A stretch of DNA of 56,912 nt from Gemmatimonas sp. (GCA_035638935.1 DASQZA010000410.1:1-56912), one strand, 5' to 3'. Shown: positions 32,151 to 48,880, numbered from the stretch's first letter. The notes: a model not told the origin generated them from the sequence alone. Translations and numbers: made by a program.

Positions 32151-32178
32151 CAATCCGCCTTGATCCGTGTAAATCCGC
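32151..32178. repeat. Right imperfect inverted repeat flanking the GxxExxY gene
   Basis: CAATCCGCCTTGATCCGTGTAAATCCGC, three ATCCG cores about 10 bp apart, ending 2 bp before the ATG on the minus strand. Confidence 0.65.
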
Positions 32179-32264
32179 TTTCACATGGATCTTGAGGCAC
32201 GCACCGCATGACCGCGTCACCTCACCGCTGCAACAAACATCGAAACAGTGCAGTTACCGCAACG

Positions 32265-32297
32265 ACGAAGGGCCGGCAATCGATGCCGGCCCTTCGT
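32265..32297 (-). terminator. Probable terminator hairpin after secA
   Basis: ACGAAGGGCCGGCA-atcga-TGCCGGCCCTTCGT, a 14-bp stem 22 bp beyond the secA stop. The U-tract is weak. Confidence 0.65.
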
Positions 32298-32319
32298 GTG
32301 TTCGGAAAGATGGCGCGAC

Positions 32320-35676
<3,357 letters not shown>

Positions 35677-35738
35677 GGTACGAACCTCGATGGCATATGG
35701 AGCCGGTTGCGACCGCAGCAGCGGGCGTCCGGCTCGCC

Positions 35739-36392
35739 TCAGGCGCGCACGGGATCGACCTCTGTCACACGTTCGCCCAGATAAAGCGCAGTGGACGCGA
35801 TATAAGAAGCAACGGCGTCGGGTACGAAGCCCCTGATGGAAAGGCCGCTCCCGACTCGTGCCCTGATCTCGGTTGACGACACATCGATCCGGCGAATTGC
35901 CAGATGACGCGCCGACGCCAGTCCCGAAGGAATCGCGTCTCCGCTCGGCACATCGGTGGTGTATGGCAGCGCGGAACTCCCGTCATCCGGCTGGTCGGCC
36001 CGATCGAGAATCACCAGCGAAACCATCGTCAGCAACCGTTCCGGTTCTCGCCAATGTGGCAAGGTGGGAACGACGTCCGTACCGATGAGCAGATGAAGCG
36101 CCGCCAGCGGATACCTCCGCTGAATGTGCTCCACGGTGTCAACCATGAAAGATAACCCACCCCGGTCGACTTCGACCGGATCGACCACGGAATGCGGCAC
36201 CCCGTCGAAGCATCGCTGCACCATGGCCAGCCGGTGTCCGGCCGCGGTGCGATGCGTCCGTTTCAGCGGCTGCGTGCCCGTGGGCACCACGATCAACTGA
36301 TCGAGTGCAAGGGCCGCGATGGCGTCCTGGGCGACGAGCAGGTGCCCAATGTGCGGCGGATCGAAGCTTCCGCCGAAGATGCCGACGCGCAA
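35739..36392 (-). CDS. nadD: Nicotinate-nucleotide adenylyltransferase
   Basis: 'RVGIFGGSFDPPHIGHL', 'LIGTD', 'VSSTEIR'. Start placed at TTG, approximate. Confidence 0.92.
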   Translation of the reverse strand: MRVGIFGGSFDPPHIGHLLVAQDAIAALALDQLIVVPTGTQPLKRTHRTAAGHRLAMVQRCFDGVPHSVVDPVEVDRGGLSFMVDTVEHIQRRYPLAALHLLIGTDVVPTLPHWREPERLLTMVSLVILDRADQPDDGSSALPYTTDVPSGDAIPSGLASARHLAIRRIDVSSTEIRARVGSGLSIRGFVPDAVASYIASTALYLGERVTEVDPVRA

Positions 36393-36412
36393 CGGTGGTT
36401 GGGGGGGCGCGT

Positions 36413-37255
36413 TCAGCGCGGCGCTGGCCGCGCGTAGCCCTGCGGCGTCACAACGGCGCCAACCGGGAGCTTCGCGGTATCCGTGGCGGCGGCGGCCTTT
36501 TGCACGCCACACTTGGCGCGCACTTCGACGTCGCCCGGGTAGGCGGTCCACATGGCCTGGCACGTCTCCGCCGCGTCTTCCTTCCAGCGGATCTTCGTGT
36601 ACAGCTCGTGCAACCGGAGCCAGGCGAGACGCGCCACCTTCGTATTGGGATACGTGGTGACGACGTCCTTGAAATAGATGATCGCGGGATCCGTCGCCTT
36701 CCGCACGCGGATGTAGTGCATGCCCGTCTCGTAATCCTTGCGGGCAAACCACTCTTCCAACTCGGCGATGCGCTCCTTCGCCTCCGTCGTTTCCTTTGCA
36801 TCCGGATACGACGAGAGCAGCGCGCGCAGAATGGAAATGGCGCGCTCGCCATCCTGCGGGTCGAGCGCGGGCTTCCGCCACTGTCGCTGGTAGCTGCGGC
36901 CGACGCCCACCATGGCGCGCGGTGCGAGCGTATCGTCCGGAAAACCGTCGGTGACGCGCTCGTATGCCTGCGCCGCCAGCAGGAATTCCTTGCGCTGCTC
37001 GTGCGTCAGCCCGAGGTAGTAGTACGTGGACGCGAGCAGCGGATCGCGCGCGGACAGATCGTTCGCGAGGCTTTCGAAGCCAAGGCGCGCGTTGTTCCAG
37101 TGCTTGAGTTGAAACTCGAGCACGGATGCCCGGAACAGCGCTTCCGGGTTGGCAAAATTGCGCGGCTTGAAGTCCGGCGAGCAGCCCGCAAGTGCGACGG
37201 CGACGCCGAGCCACATCATGACGCGCCACTCGACGTGACAGGGACAAGAATTCAT
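36413..37255 (-). CDS. bamD: Outer-membrane assembly lipoprotein BamD
   Basis: Lipobox 'LAGC', TPRs, 'LDPQD..RAI..L..YPD', 'ARKDYETGMHY', 'VVTTYPNT'. Confidence 0.85.
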   Translation of the reverse strand: MNSCPCHVEWRVMMWLGVAVALAGCSPDFKPRNFANPEALFRASVLEFQLKHWNNARLGFESLANDLSARDPLLASTYYYLGLTHEQRKEFLLAAQAYERVTDGFPDDTLAPRAMVGVGRSYQRQWRKPALDPQDGERAISILRALLSSYPDAKETTEAKERIAELEEWFARKDYETGMHYIRVRKATDPAIIYFKDVVTTYPNTKVARLAWLRLHELYTKIRWKEDAAETCQAMWTAYPGDVEVRAKCGVQKAAAATDTAKLPVGAVVTPQGYARPAPR

Positions 37256-37304
37256 GCGCAGCCTCGTACCCGCACAGTGGCGCTCGGATCCGCCAGGCGC
37301 ACCC

Positions 37305-38744
37305 TCACGCAGCCGCGCCCGGTGTTGTGGGGTGTGCGGCCGGCGAAGCCGACCCCGTAGCCGACGGGGTCGCCGACGGGGTCGCTGACGCGGGCGCACT
37401 GGCCGGTTCGCGGCGATCGAGCGCACGAGCCCCCGACGCGAGGCCGATCACGCGCGCCCGCCCCCCAGTGGTCGCGGCCATCACGTTGCGCGTATCCACC
37501 ACCAGCGTGGCGTGATCGACGACGCGCTGGTAGTCGACGGACTTGTGATCGGTCACCACGACGACCGCGTCGGCCCAGCGCAGCATCTCGTCCGAGAGCT
37601 CGACGCCCTTCCGCATGTGCCCCTCTTCGCGGAACTCGGCAACGAACGGGTCGTGGTATTCCACGTGGGCGCCGCGACCTTCGAGCAAGCGGATCACGTC
37701 GAGCGCCGGGCTTTCGCGCACGTCGTCGATGTCGCGCTTGTACGCCACGCCCAGCACGAGGATGCGGCTGCCGCGCACGGCCTTGCGCACTTCGTTCAGC
37801 GCAGACGCGACCTTTTCGACGACATACTCCGGCATGTTGGAGTTGATGTCGCTCGCCAGATCGATGAACCGCGTCTTGTAATTGAGCGTCCGCATCTTCC
37901 ATGCGAGGTAGTGCGGATCGAGCGGAATGCAGTGCCCGCCGATGCCCGGGCCCGGCGTGAACTTCATGAACCCGAACGGCTTCGTGGCCGCCGCGTTGAT
38001 GACTTCCCACACGTCGACGCCAAGCTTGTCGCAGACGATCGCGATCTCGTTCACGAGGCCGATGTTCACGGCCCGAAAGGTGTTCTCCAGCAGCTTCACG
38101 AGCTCGGCCGCCTCCGGTGACGTGACCGGCACCACGGTGTCGATGCAGCTCGCGTACAGTGCACTCGCCACTTCCACGCAGGCCGGGGTGATCCCGCCGA
38201 CGACCTTGGGCGTATTCTTGGTGTGATAAACCGCGTTGCCCGGATCGACGCGCTCCGGGCTGAACGCGACGAATACGTTGGTGCCCACGACGAGCCCCTG
38301 GGCCTCGAGACGCGGCTGCAGCAGCTCCCGCGTCGTGCCGGGATACGTGGTGCTCTCGAGCACGACGCAACACCCCGGTCGGACCTGGCGCGCGATGGCA
38401 TCGGCGGCTGCGAGCACGAACGCCATGTCGGGGTCACGTGTCTTGGACAGCGGCGTGGGTACCGCGATCGAAATTGCGTCGCACTCCTGCAGCCGCGACT
38501 CCACCGTGGTGGCCGTGAACAGGCCAGCCTGCACGGTGCGCTGGATGTCGGCGCTCGCGATGTCCTGGATGTGCGACTGCCCGGACATCAGCTGGTCCAC
38601 GACCCGCTGGCTGACGTCGTAGCCGATCACACGGAAACCCACGTTGGCAAACTCCATCGCCAGTGGAAGGCCTACGTATCCGAGACCCACGACTCCAATG
38701 ACGGCCGTGCGATCCTCGATCTTCGCCAGCAGTTGCTCTTTCAT
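37305..38744 (-). CDS. wbpA: UDP-N-acetyl-D-glucosamine 6-dehydrogenase (WbpA/WecC family)
   Basis: 'GVVGLGYVGLP', 'VPTP', 'ESTTYPGTT', 'FSPERVDPGN', 'KLLENTFRAVNI', 'GPGIGGHCIPLDP', 'DVRESP'. Confidence 0.9.
   Translation of the reverse strand: MKEQLLAKIEDRTAVIGVVGLGYVGLPLAMEFANVGFRVIGYDVSQRVVDQLMSGQSHIQDIASADIQRTVQAGLFTATTVESRLQECDAISIAVPTPLSKTRDPDMAFVLAAADAIARQVRPGCCVVLESTTYPGTTRELLQPRLEAQGLVVGTNVFVAFSPERVDPGNAVYHTKNTPKVVGGITPACVEVASALYASCIDTVVPVTSPEAAELVKLLENTFRAVNIGLVNEIAIVCDKLGVDVWEVINAAATKPFGFMKFTPGPGIGGHCIPLDPHYLAWKMRTLNYKTRFIDLASDINSNMPEYVVEKVASALNEVRKAVRGSRILVLGVAYKRDIDDVRESPALDVIRLLEGRGAHVEYHDPFVAEFREEGHMRKGVELSDEMLRWADAVVVVTDHKSVDYQRVVDHATLVVDTRNVMAATTGGRARVIGLASGARALDRREPASAPASATPSATPSATGSASPAAHPTTPGAAA
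37348..37395. repeat. Four degenerate 12-bp units (GCCGACGGGGTC) in the wbpA C-terminal extension
   Basis: gccgaccccgta/gccgacggggtc/gccgacggggtc/gctgacgcgggc, encoding A-S-A-T-P-S-A-T-P-S-A-T-G. Confidence 0.7.
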
Positions 38745-38769
38745 GTCGGACTTCTCCACGAGCGGACGC

Positions 38770-39882
38770 TCAGCGGCCATAGAATGAACGCACAGCGCCG
38801 ACGACTTCATCGAGCTGCGACGCGGTAAGTTCAGGATAGATCGGGATCGACAGCACTTCCTTCGCGGCCCGCTCCGACTCGGGGCATTGTCCCTCGGCAT
38901 AGCCCAGGTGCGCGAAACATGGCTGCAGGTGCAAAGGGAGCGGATAGTACACGGACGAGCCGATGCCACAGGACGTCAGATGCGCCTTGAGCCCGTCACG
39001 ATCGGCCACACGCACAGTGTACTGATTGAAGATCGACGTGTTCGCCGGCTCGACGTACGGAACCGTGATCTCGTCGATGCCCTCGAACGCGGCGTCGTAG
39101 TGCGCAGCGTTGTGACGGCGCCCGGCGCTCCATGATTCCAGGTGCGGCAGCTTCGCCAGCAGCACGGCCGCCTGCAGCGCATCGAGCCGACTGTTGTACC
39201 CCACGATCTCGTGGAAGTAGTTCCGGCGGCTGCCATGCGTGCGCAGCTTCATGAGCATCTCGAACACCCCCTCGTCCTGCGCGACCATCATGCCACCGTC
39301 GCCGTACCCGCCGAGGTTCTTGCTCGGGAAGAAGCTGAACGTTCCGATCGTCGCCGCCTCGCCAGCCTTGACGGTCTTCCCGTCAATCGTGCGACTCGCG
39401 CCGATCGACTGCGCGGCGTCCTCGATGACGGGCAGCCCATTGGCGACCGCCGTGATCGCCTCGATCGCGGCCATCTGACCGAACAGATCGACGGCGATGA
39501 TCGCCTTCGTGCGGGGTGTGATCGCCGCGGCAATCGCGTCCGGTGAAATGTTGAACGTGCGCTTGTCGATGTCGACGAACACCGGGCGAGCGCCCACGTT
39601 GTGTACGGCGCCACCAGTGGCGAAAAACGTGAACGGAGTCGTGACGACTTCGTCGCCGGGGCCAACCCCGAGCGCGCGCAAGGCCAGCAGGATCGCATCG
39701 GTACCATTGGCGCAGCCGACCGCATACCTCGTCTGCGACAGCCCTGCCACGTCACACTCGAGCTGCGCGACAGGATCGCCCAGGATGAACGCCTGATTGT
39801 CGACGACGTCCATCATCGCGCGCACGACTTCGTCGCGGATCGACGCGTATTGAGCCTTCAGGTCCAGCAGTGGTACGGCCAT
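38770..39882 (-). CDS. wbpE: DegT/DnrJ family sugar aminotransferase (WbpE-like)
   Basis: 'GCANGTDA', 'TPFTFFATG', 'EDAAQSIG', PLP lysine 'SFFPSKNLGGYGDGG', 'NSRLDALQAA'. Confidence 0.85.
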   Translation of the reverse strand: MAVPLLDLKAQYASIRDEVVRAMMDVVDNQAFILGDPVAQLECDVAGLSQTRYAVGCANGTDAILLALRALGVGPGDEVVTTPFTFFATGGAVHNVGARPVFVDIDKRTFNISPDAIAAAITPRTKAIIAVDLFGQMAAIEAITAVANGLPVIEDAAQSIGASRTIDGKTVKAGEAATIGTFSFFPSKNLGGYGDGGMMVAQDEGVFEMLMKLRTHGSRRNYFHEIVGYNSRLDALQAAVLLAKLPHLESWSAGRRHNAAHYDAAFEGIDEITVPYVEPANTSIFNQYTVRVADRDGLKAHLTSCGIGSSVYYPLPLHLQPCFAHLGYAEGQCPESERAAKEVLSIPIYPELTASQLDEVVGAVRSFYGR

Positions 39883-39894
39883 GGATAGCTGCGG

Positions 39895-40953
39895 TCAGAG
39901 ATTCACGCGGAGCGGAAGCGGCACTTCGCGTCCGGTCTTCGCCGATTCGTAAATGCCCAGGATGAGCTCGAGCGACTTGCGGCCGGCGCGCCCGTCCGTG
40001 TCCGGCCGCGCCTCGCCACGCAGTACGGCCTCGACGTTTCGATAGTATGCCTCGTGCCCGAATCCATACACCGACGTCGGATTCGTGTTGGACTGTTCGA
40101 CGAGCTTGTCATCGTCGTCGTAGTCCGCAAACGTCCAGTGCTCGACCTTGTTCACGGCGGTTCCGCCGATCTTCACCGATCCCTTCTCACCGAGGATCGT
40201 GATCGATCCCTCCAGGTTGCGCGGGAAGGTGAGCATCGTGACTTCGATCGTGCCGAGCGCGCCGGAGCGGAACTTCAGCAACGCGACGCCGGTGTCCTCT
40301 GCCTCGATGCGACGTGCCAGCGTCGCGGTTCGGGCCATCACGCTCTCGACGGGACCAACCAGCCACTGGATGAGGTCGACATAGTGCGATGCCTGGTTCA
40401 TGAACGCACCACCGTCGAACTCCCAGGTACCACGCCACGGGGCCTGGTCGTAATACTCCTGCGGGCGCGTCCATCGCACCGTGCAATTCGCCATGTAGAT
40501 CCGCCCGAACCGCCCGCGATCGATCGCGCGCTTGAGGAGCTGGATCGGCGGATTCAGCCGATTCTGCTTGACGACGAAGAGCTGGACATGATTGTCATCG
40601 CACGCTTGCACCAGCGCGTCGGCCGCCGCAAGCGAAATGCCCATCGGCTTCTCGGAGATGACGTGCCGCCCGGCGCGTGCCGCAAGTATTCCATGCTGCG
40701 GGTGCATGCCGGACGGCGTCGCAATCACCACGGCGTCGCTTGGCACGGCCGCCAGCATGCTCTCGATGCTCGTGAACCACGGCACGCCGATCGCCGCGCC
40801 CGTGACTTCGGCGCGCGCCGCGTCCGAATCACACACGGACACGAACTCCAGCCCGTCGATCTTGGCAACCGCATCCAGGTGGTTACGGCTGATACGCCCA
40901 CAGCCGGCGAGCGCGAGCCTGATCATGCGACCGGCGGGGACAGGTATCGTCAT
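39895..40953 (-). CDS. wbpB: Gfo/Idh/MocA oxidoreductase (WbpB/WlbA-like UDP-GlcNAcA 3-dehydrogenase)
   Basis: 'GCGRIS', 'SEKPM', 'VKQNRLN', '[28 protein letters not shown]', characteristic of WlbA. Confidence 0.88.
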   Translation of the reverse strand: MTIPVPAGRMIRLALAGCGRISRNHLDAVAKIDGLEFVSVCDSDAARAEVTGAAIGVPWFTSIESMLAAVPSDAVVIATPSGMHPQHGILAARAGRHVISEKPMGISLAAADALVQACDDNHVQLFVVKQNRLNPPIQLLKRAIDRGRFGRIYMANCTVRWTRPQEYYDQAPWRGTWEFDGGAFMNQASHYVDLIQWLVGPVESVMARTATLARRIEAEDTGVALLKFRSGALGTIEVTMLTFPRNLEGSITILGEKGSVKIGGTAVNKVEHWTFADYDDDDKLVEQSNTNPTSVYGFGHEAYYRNVEAVLRGEARPDTDGRAGRKSLELILGIYESAKTGREVPLPLRVNL

Positions 40954-41630
40954 GCCGCGTTCACGGGGTGCATATTCTCGAGCGGCTGCACCTGATCGCC
41001 GCGGCGGAGGTAGCGTGCCTCACTGCCGGGGCAACGCAGCACCTCGCCATCGACGAACGCATCGTCCCCCTCGCGGAACGGTCCCGCAGACTCCAGCCGG
41101 AATCCGTGCTCCGACATCCAACCGATGCGCTTCGCCGGAACGCCGGCCATCAGCGCGTAGTCGGGCACGTCACGCGTGATCACGGCACCGGCGCCGATGA
41201 AGGCGAAGCGCCCGATGGTGACACCACAGACGATCGTCGCGTTCGCGCCGATGCTGGAACCCGCGCGCACCAGCGTGCGACGATACTCGTCCTTCCGCGA
41301 CACGAAGCTGCGCGGATTGTAGACGTTCGTGAACACCATCGAGGGCCCGAGGAACACGTCGTCCTCGATCTCGACGCCCTCGTAGACCGACACGTTGTTC
41401 TGGATCTTCACATTCGCGCCGATGCGCACACCATTCATCACGACCACATTCTGCCCGAGCGAACAGCGCGCACCGATCGTCGCGCCGCCCAGCACGTGAC
41501 AGAAGTGCCAGACCCGCGTGGCGTCGCCGATCACGGCGCCGTCATCGACGTAGGCCGATTCGTGCACGGCCGCACCGGTCCCGAGCGTGACCCCTGCATC
41601 GACACGCCCCCGGCCCGGCAGCGTGATCAT
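40950..41630 (-). CDS. wbpD: Hexapeptide-repeat N-acetyltransferase (WbpD/WlbB-like)
   Basis: 'TRVWHFCHV', 'SLGQNV', '[13 protein letters not shown]', '[14 protein letters not shown]'. Confidence 0.88.
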   Translation of the reverse strand: MITLPGRGRVDAGVTLGTGAAVHESAYVDDGAVIGDATRVWHFCHVLGGATIGARCSLGQNVVVMNGVRIGANVKIQNNVSVYEGVEIEDDVFLGPSMVFTNVYNPRSFVSRKDEYRRTLVRAGSSIGANATIVCGVTIGRFAFIGAGAVITRDVPDYALMAGVPAKRIGWMSEHGFRLESAGPFREGDDAFVDGEVLRCPGSEARYLRRGDQVQPLENMHPVNAA

Positions 41631-41634
41631 CGCC

Positions 41635-44600
41635 TCACCCACCAGCGTGCACCAACCGGTGGGCCGCCAGCGCTTCGTGCCGTTCCTGCAGCGACATGAC
41701 GGTGGGCTCCTGCTGTTTGCGCGACGCGATCGCTTCACACGCGGCGTTCGCCGCGGACAGCGTGGTCGTGTACGGCACACGGTTGGCGATGGCGGCCTGC
41801 CGCAGGCGCTCATCGTCGACCTGTGCATGCTTGCCAAGCGGTGTGTTGACGAGCAGGCCCACGTCTCCGTTCAGAATGAGATCGACGCCGTTCGGACGCC
41901 CCTCGTGCACCTTGAGCACGGACTGCACATCGACGCCCTTCGTGCGCAGGAACGCGGCGGTACCGCTCGTCGCGAGCACGCGGAATCCGAGGTCCTGGAA
42001 GCGCTTGGCGAGTGCCGCGGCGCTGGGCTTGTCGGCGTCATTGACCGTCATGAACACCGCGCCCTCACGCGGCAACGCATTGTCGGCCGCAAGCTGCGAC
42101 TTGAGGAACGCCGCACCGAACTGGTCGTCGATGCCCATGACTTCGCCCGTCGAGCGCATCTCGGGCCCGAGGACCGGATCGAATTCGCGGAACTTGTTGA
42201 ACGGAAAGACCGCTTCCTTCACACTGAAATACGGCGGAACTATCTCGCTCGTAAAACCGATGTCCGCCAGTTTTTCGCCGAGCATGAGACGCGCCGCAAT
42301 GCTCGCGAGCGGCACGCCGATCGCCTTCGACACGAAGGGCACGGTGCGTGACGCGCGCGGGTTCACTTCGATCACGTACACCCGCCCATCCTTGTAGGCG
42401 TATTGCACGTTGATCAGCCCCACCACGCCGAGCGCCTTTGCGAACGCGACGGTATGAGCTTTCATCTGCTCGACAGCGTCATCCGGAATCAGATACGAAG
42501 GCAGCACACATGCGGAGTCGCCGGAGTGAATGCCCGCACTCTCGATGTGTTCCATGACGGCACCGATCACCACGTCGGTCCCGTCGGAGAGCGCATCGAC
42601 GTCCGCCTCGAACGCATCCTCGAGGAAGCGGTCGACCAGCACCGGACGCTCTTCACTCACGCGGGCGGCGCGTTCGAAGTAGCTGCGCAGCGACTCGGCG
42701 TCATGCACGATCTCCATCGCGCGCCCGCCCAGCACGTACGATGGGCGCACCAGCACCGGATATCCGATGCGGTCGGCGATGAGCACTGCCTCGTCGACAC
42801 TGGTCGCCGTGCCGTTCTCGGGCTGCAAGATGCCGAGCTCGCGCGTGATCTTCTCGAAACGGCGACGGTCCTCTGCAATGTCGATGGCATCCGGGGACGT
42901 GCCCAGGATGCGGACGCCGGCGGCTTCGAGCGGCCGGGTGAGCTTGAGCGGCGTCTGCCCACCGAGTTGCACGATCACACCGACCGGCTGCTCACGCTCC
43001 ACGATTTCGAGCACGTGCTCCAGCGTGAGTGGCTCGAAGAACAGCTTGTCGGAAATATCGAAATCAGTGGAGACGGTTTCGGGATTGGAGTTGACCATGA
43101 TGGTCTCGTACCCGCGCTCACGCAGGGCGAGCGCCGCGCGCACGCAGCAGTAGTCGAACTCGACACCCTGCCCGATGCGGTTGGGACCCGAGCCAAGAAT
43201 CACGACTTTCGGCCGGCCGCTCGTGAGTGCCTCTGTCTCCTCGTCGTAGCAGCTGTACAGGTACGGCGTGCTCGAGGGAAACTCACCCGCACAGGTATCC
43301 ACCATCTTGTACGCCGGTCGAACGCCGAGCTCCCAACGGAGCGTGCGCGTCTCCGATTCCGTGCTTCCGCGCAACGCGCCGAGCTGCGCGTCGGAGAACC
43401 CGAGCCGTTTCATGCGTCGCATGACATCCCGATCCACGGCGGGCTGCTGCGCGTACCACGCTTCGGCGTCGAACAGCTCGCGCAGCTGATCGAGGAACCA
43501 TGGATCAACGAACGTGAGTTCGTGCAGCTCGGCCGTCGTCATGCCGAGCGCCATCGCGCGCTTGATCTGAAACACACGTTCGGGCGTCGGGCGGCGGAGC
43601 GCGCCGCGCAGCGCTTCCGGGGAGAGTTCGGTGAGGCGATCGTCCTGCAAGCGCTCGCCGATATTCCAACCGGTGCGCCCTGTCTCGAGCGCACGCAGTG
43701 CCTTCTGGAAGGCCTCCTTGAACGTGCGCCCGATGGCCATCGATTCGCCGACGGACTTCATCTGCGTCGTGAGGCCCGGATCGGCGGCCGCGAACTTCTC
43801 GAAGGCGAAGCGCGGGCACTTCACCACGACGTAGTCGAGGACGGGTTCGAAGCTCGCCGGCGTCGTCTTGGTGATGTCGTTCTGGATCTCGTCGAGCGCG
43901 TACCCGACCGCGAGCTTCGCACCGATGCGGGCAATCGGAAAGCCCGTCGCCTTCGAGGCGAGCGCGGACGAGCGCGACACGCGCGGGTTCATCTCGATCA
44001 CGATGAGATCGCCGTCCGCCGGATTGACGGCGAACTGGATGTTGCAGCCGCCGGCATCGACGCCGATCTCGCGGATGATGGCGACCGCGGCATCGCGCAT
44101 CGTCTGGTACTCGCGATCCGTCAGCGTCATGGCGGGCGCCACGGTGATCGAGTCGCCCGTATGCACACCCATCGGATCGAAGTTCTCGATCGAGCAGACG
44201 ATCACGACGTTGTCCTGAGAGTCGCGCATCACCTCCAGCTCGAACTCCTTCCAGCCGAGCAGCGAGCGCTCGATCAGCACCGAGGTCACCGGCGAGAGGT
44301 CGAGCCCACGCCGCACGATGGCCTCGAACTCGTCGTAGTTGTACGCGATACCGCCGCCGCTGCCGCCGAGCGTGAACGATGGACGGATGATCGACGGAAA
44401 TCCGGTTTCCTCCACTGCTGTCAGCGCGTCGTCGACGGTGCCGACCGTCCGGCCGGCAGCGCACTGCAACCCGATCCGCTCCATCGCGTCCGCAAACAAC
44501 TTGCGGTCCTCCGCGACCCGGATGGCTCGCGCGTTCGCGCCGATCAGTTCACACCCGTACCGTTCGAGCACGCCACGGTCGGCGAGATCGAGCGCGACGT

Positions 44601-44872
44601 TGAGCGCCGTCTGCCCACCCATGGTCGGCAGCACCGCGTCCGGACGTTCGCGCGCAATCACGCGTTCGACGAACTCCGACGTCACGGGCTCGATGTAGGT
44701 CCGATCCGCCATCTCCGGATCGGTCATGATCGTGGCCGGATTCGAATTGACGAGAATGACCTCGTATCCCTCCTCGCGCAGCGCCTTGATGGCCTGCGTG
44801 CCGGAGTAGTCGAACTCCGCGCCCTGCCCGATCACGATCGGACCGGAGCCGATCACCAGAATTCGGTGCAGA

Positions 44873-44889
<17 letters not shown>
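41635..44889 (-). CDS. carB: Carbamoyl-phosphate synthase large subunit
   Basis: '[24 protein letters not shown]', 'GVHTGDS', '[11 protein letters not shown]', 'GIHSGDS', '[10 protein letters not shown]', MGS domain. Full length, 1084 aa. Confidence 0.98.
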
Positions 44890-47242
<2,353 letters not shown>

Positions 47243-47249
47243 GATCGTC

Positions 47250-47606
47250 TCAGCTGAGGATCAGTTCGATCCGCGCCATCTCAGCACCGTCACCCTTGCG
47301 GTGACCGGTCTTGAGAATGCGCGTGTATCCACCAGGACGCGTCGCGAACTTCGGGCCGACTTCCTGAAAAAGCTTGTCGGCTGCTTCACGCTTGTGGATG
47401 TGCTTTCCGGCGAGGCGGCGCGCATGGAGCGTGCCCTCCTTACCCTTGGTGATGAGCTTCTCGACGAAGGGGCGGAGTTCTTTCGCCTTCGCCTCGGTCG
47501 TCTCGATCGCACCCTGCTCGATGAGCGAGGTTGCGAGATTGCGGAGCAGCGCGAGGCGCTGCTCACTGGTCCGCCGTAGCTGGCGGTGGGCCTTGCGATG
47601 GCGCAT
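47250..47606 (-). CDS. rplQ: 50S ribosomal protein L17
   Basis: 'MRHRK..L.R', '[17 protein letters not shown]', '[19 protein letters not shown]'. Confidence 0.97.
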   Translation of the reverse strand: MRHRKAHRQLRRTSEQRLALLRNLATSLIEQGAIETTEAKAKELRPFVEKLITKGKEGTLHARRLAGKHIHKREAADKLFQEVGPKFATRPGGYTRILKTGHRKGDGAEMARIELILS

Positions 47607-47611
47607 GGGAA

Positions 47612-48688
47612 TTACTCCTCGTCTTCGTCGTCGTCAGGCGCATTCTCGGCAGCGCGGCTGGGTGCCGTGCCATGATCGAGGACGCGGACCCCGTCCGCCC
47701 CTTCCTCGTATCGCATGCCGAAATTGAGCCCTTCCTTCTCGAGCAGTGCGGCGATTTCCTGCAGGGACTTCTTGCCGAAGTTCTTGACCTGGAGGATCTG
47801 CGCCTCGGTCTGGCGAACCAGATCACCGAGCGAGCGGATGTTTGAGTTCTTCAGGGAATTGACCGAGCGAACGGAGAGTTCGAGATCGTCGATCGGGGTG
47901 CGGAACAGGTCAGCGAGGCGCAGGGCATCACTGTTGGCGCCGTCGCCACCTGCACCCGGCTGGGCCGAGGCAGAGGAACCGAAGCCCACGAAATACTGGA
48001 AGTGGGTCTGGGCGAGCGCTGCGGCATAGCTCACGGCTTCCTCCGGCGACATCGTGCCGTTGGTCTCCACCGTGAGAGTCAGGCGGTCGTAGTCGGTACG
48101 CTGGCCGACGCGAGTCTCCGCGACGGTGAAGTTGGTCCGACGGACCGGGTTGTAGATGGCGTCGATGCGCACGACATCCACCGAGAGATTCTTGTCGGCG
48201 GGATGCTGATCGCTCTCGATGTAGCCCCGTCCCTTGTTCACGTACAACTCGACGTTGAACTCGCGGTCGTCCGTGATGGTGAACAGGTGGTGCGACGGGT
48301 CGATGACGCGCACGCCGCCGCCGCTGATCTGGATGTCGGCTGCGGTGACCGTGCCCGGACCTGCCTTGTTGATGCGAAGCACCTGCTGCTCCACTTCCTC
48401 GGGCAGGGCGAGCGTCAGCGTCTTGAGGTTGCCGATGATCTGGTGCACGTCCTCGACGACCCCGGGGATGGTCTGGTGCTCGTGCACGACGCCTTCGATG
48501 CGAAACGCCCACACCGCGGAGCCACGCAGGGACGACAGCAGAAGCCGGCGCATTGCGTTGCCCAACGTGTGACCGAAACCGCGCTCGAGCGGCTGCAGCC
48601 GGAATTCTGCCAGATTCGGCGTGTCCTCGCGCTTCGTCGCTTCGACAAGCTGCGGGCGGACAAGCCCGCTGAGATCGATGGTTGCCAT
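47612..48688 (-). CDS. rpoA: RNA polymerase alpha subunit
   Basis: '[21 protein letters not shown]', 'GVVEDV', '[11 protein letters not shown]', CTD '[18 protein letters not shown]'. Confidence 0.98.
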   Translation of the reverse strand: MATIDLSGLVRPQLVEATKREDTPNLAEFRLQPLERGFGHTLGNAMRRLLLSSLRGSAVWAFRIEGVVHEHQTIPGVVEDVHQIIGNLKTLTLALPEEVEQQVLRINKAGPGTVTAADIQISGGGVRVIDPSHHLFTITDDREFNVELYVNKGRGYIESDQHPADKNLSVDVVRIDAIYNPVRRTNFTVAETRVGQRTDYDRLTLTVETNGTMSPEEAVSYAAALAQTHFQYFVGFGSSASAQPGAGGDGANSDALRLADLFRTPIDDLELSVRSVNSLKNSNIRSLGDLVRQTEAQILQVKNFGKKSLQEIAALLEKEGLNFGMRYEEGADGVRVLDHGTAPSRAAENAPDDDEDEE

Positions 48689-48841
48689 GCGGTTATGAAA
48701 TCCTGTGATGGTCACACCGGAAAGTTTGCGATTCCGGCGACGCTCTGCCCCGCCCCGACGCGCGGCAGACTCGTATGGGAGTTCGGGTCCCGACCGGTGG
48801 ACTGGGGCGCGACGCGCCGCGGCCCACCTGTGCTTGTACGA

Positions 48842-48869
48842 AGTCGCGGCGCACCAGTGCGCCGCGACT
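48842..48869. other. Strong GC hairpin between rpsD and rpoA
   Basis: AGTCGCGGCGCAC-ca-GTGCGCCGCGACT, a perfect 13-bp inverted repeat with no clear U-tract. Confidence 0.6.
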
Positions 48870-48880
48870 CTTCCGGCTGG

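Noticed and set aside
35739-37247. 502-aa NadD fusion suggested by the ORF track
   Set aside because: The N-terminal extension overlaps bamD in another frame; the real NadD starts near 36392.
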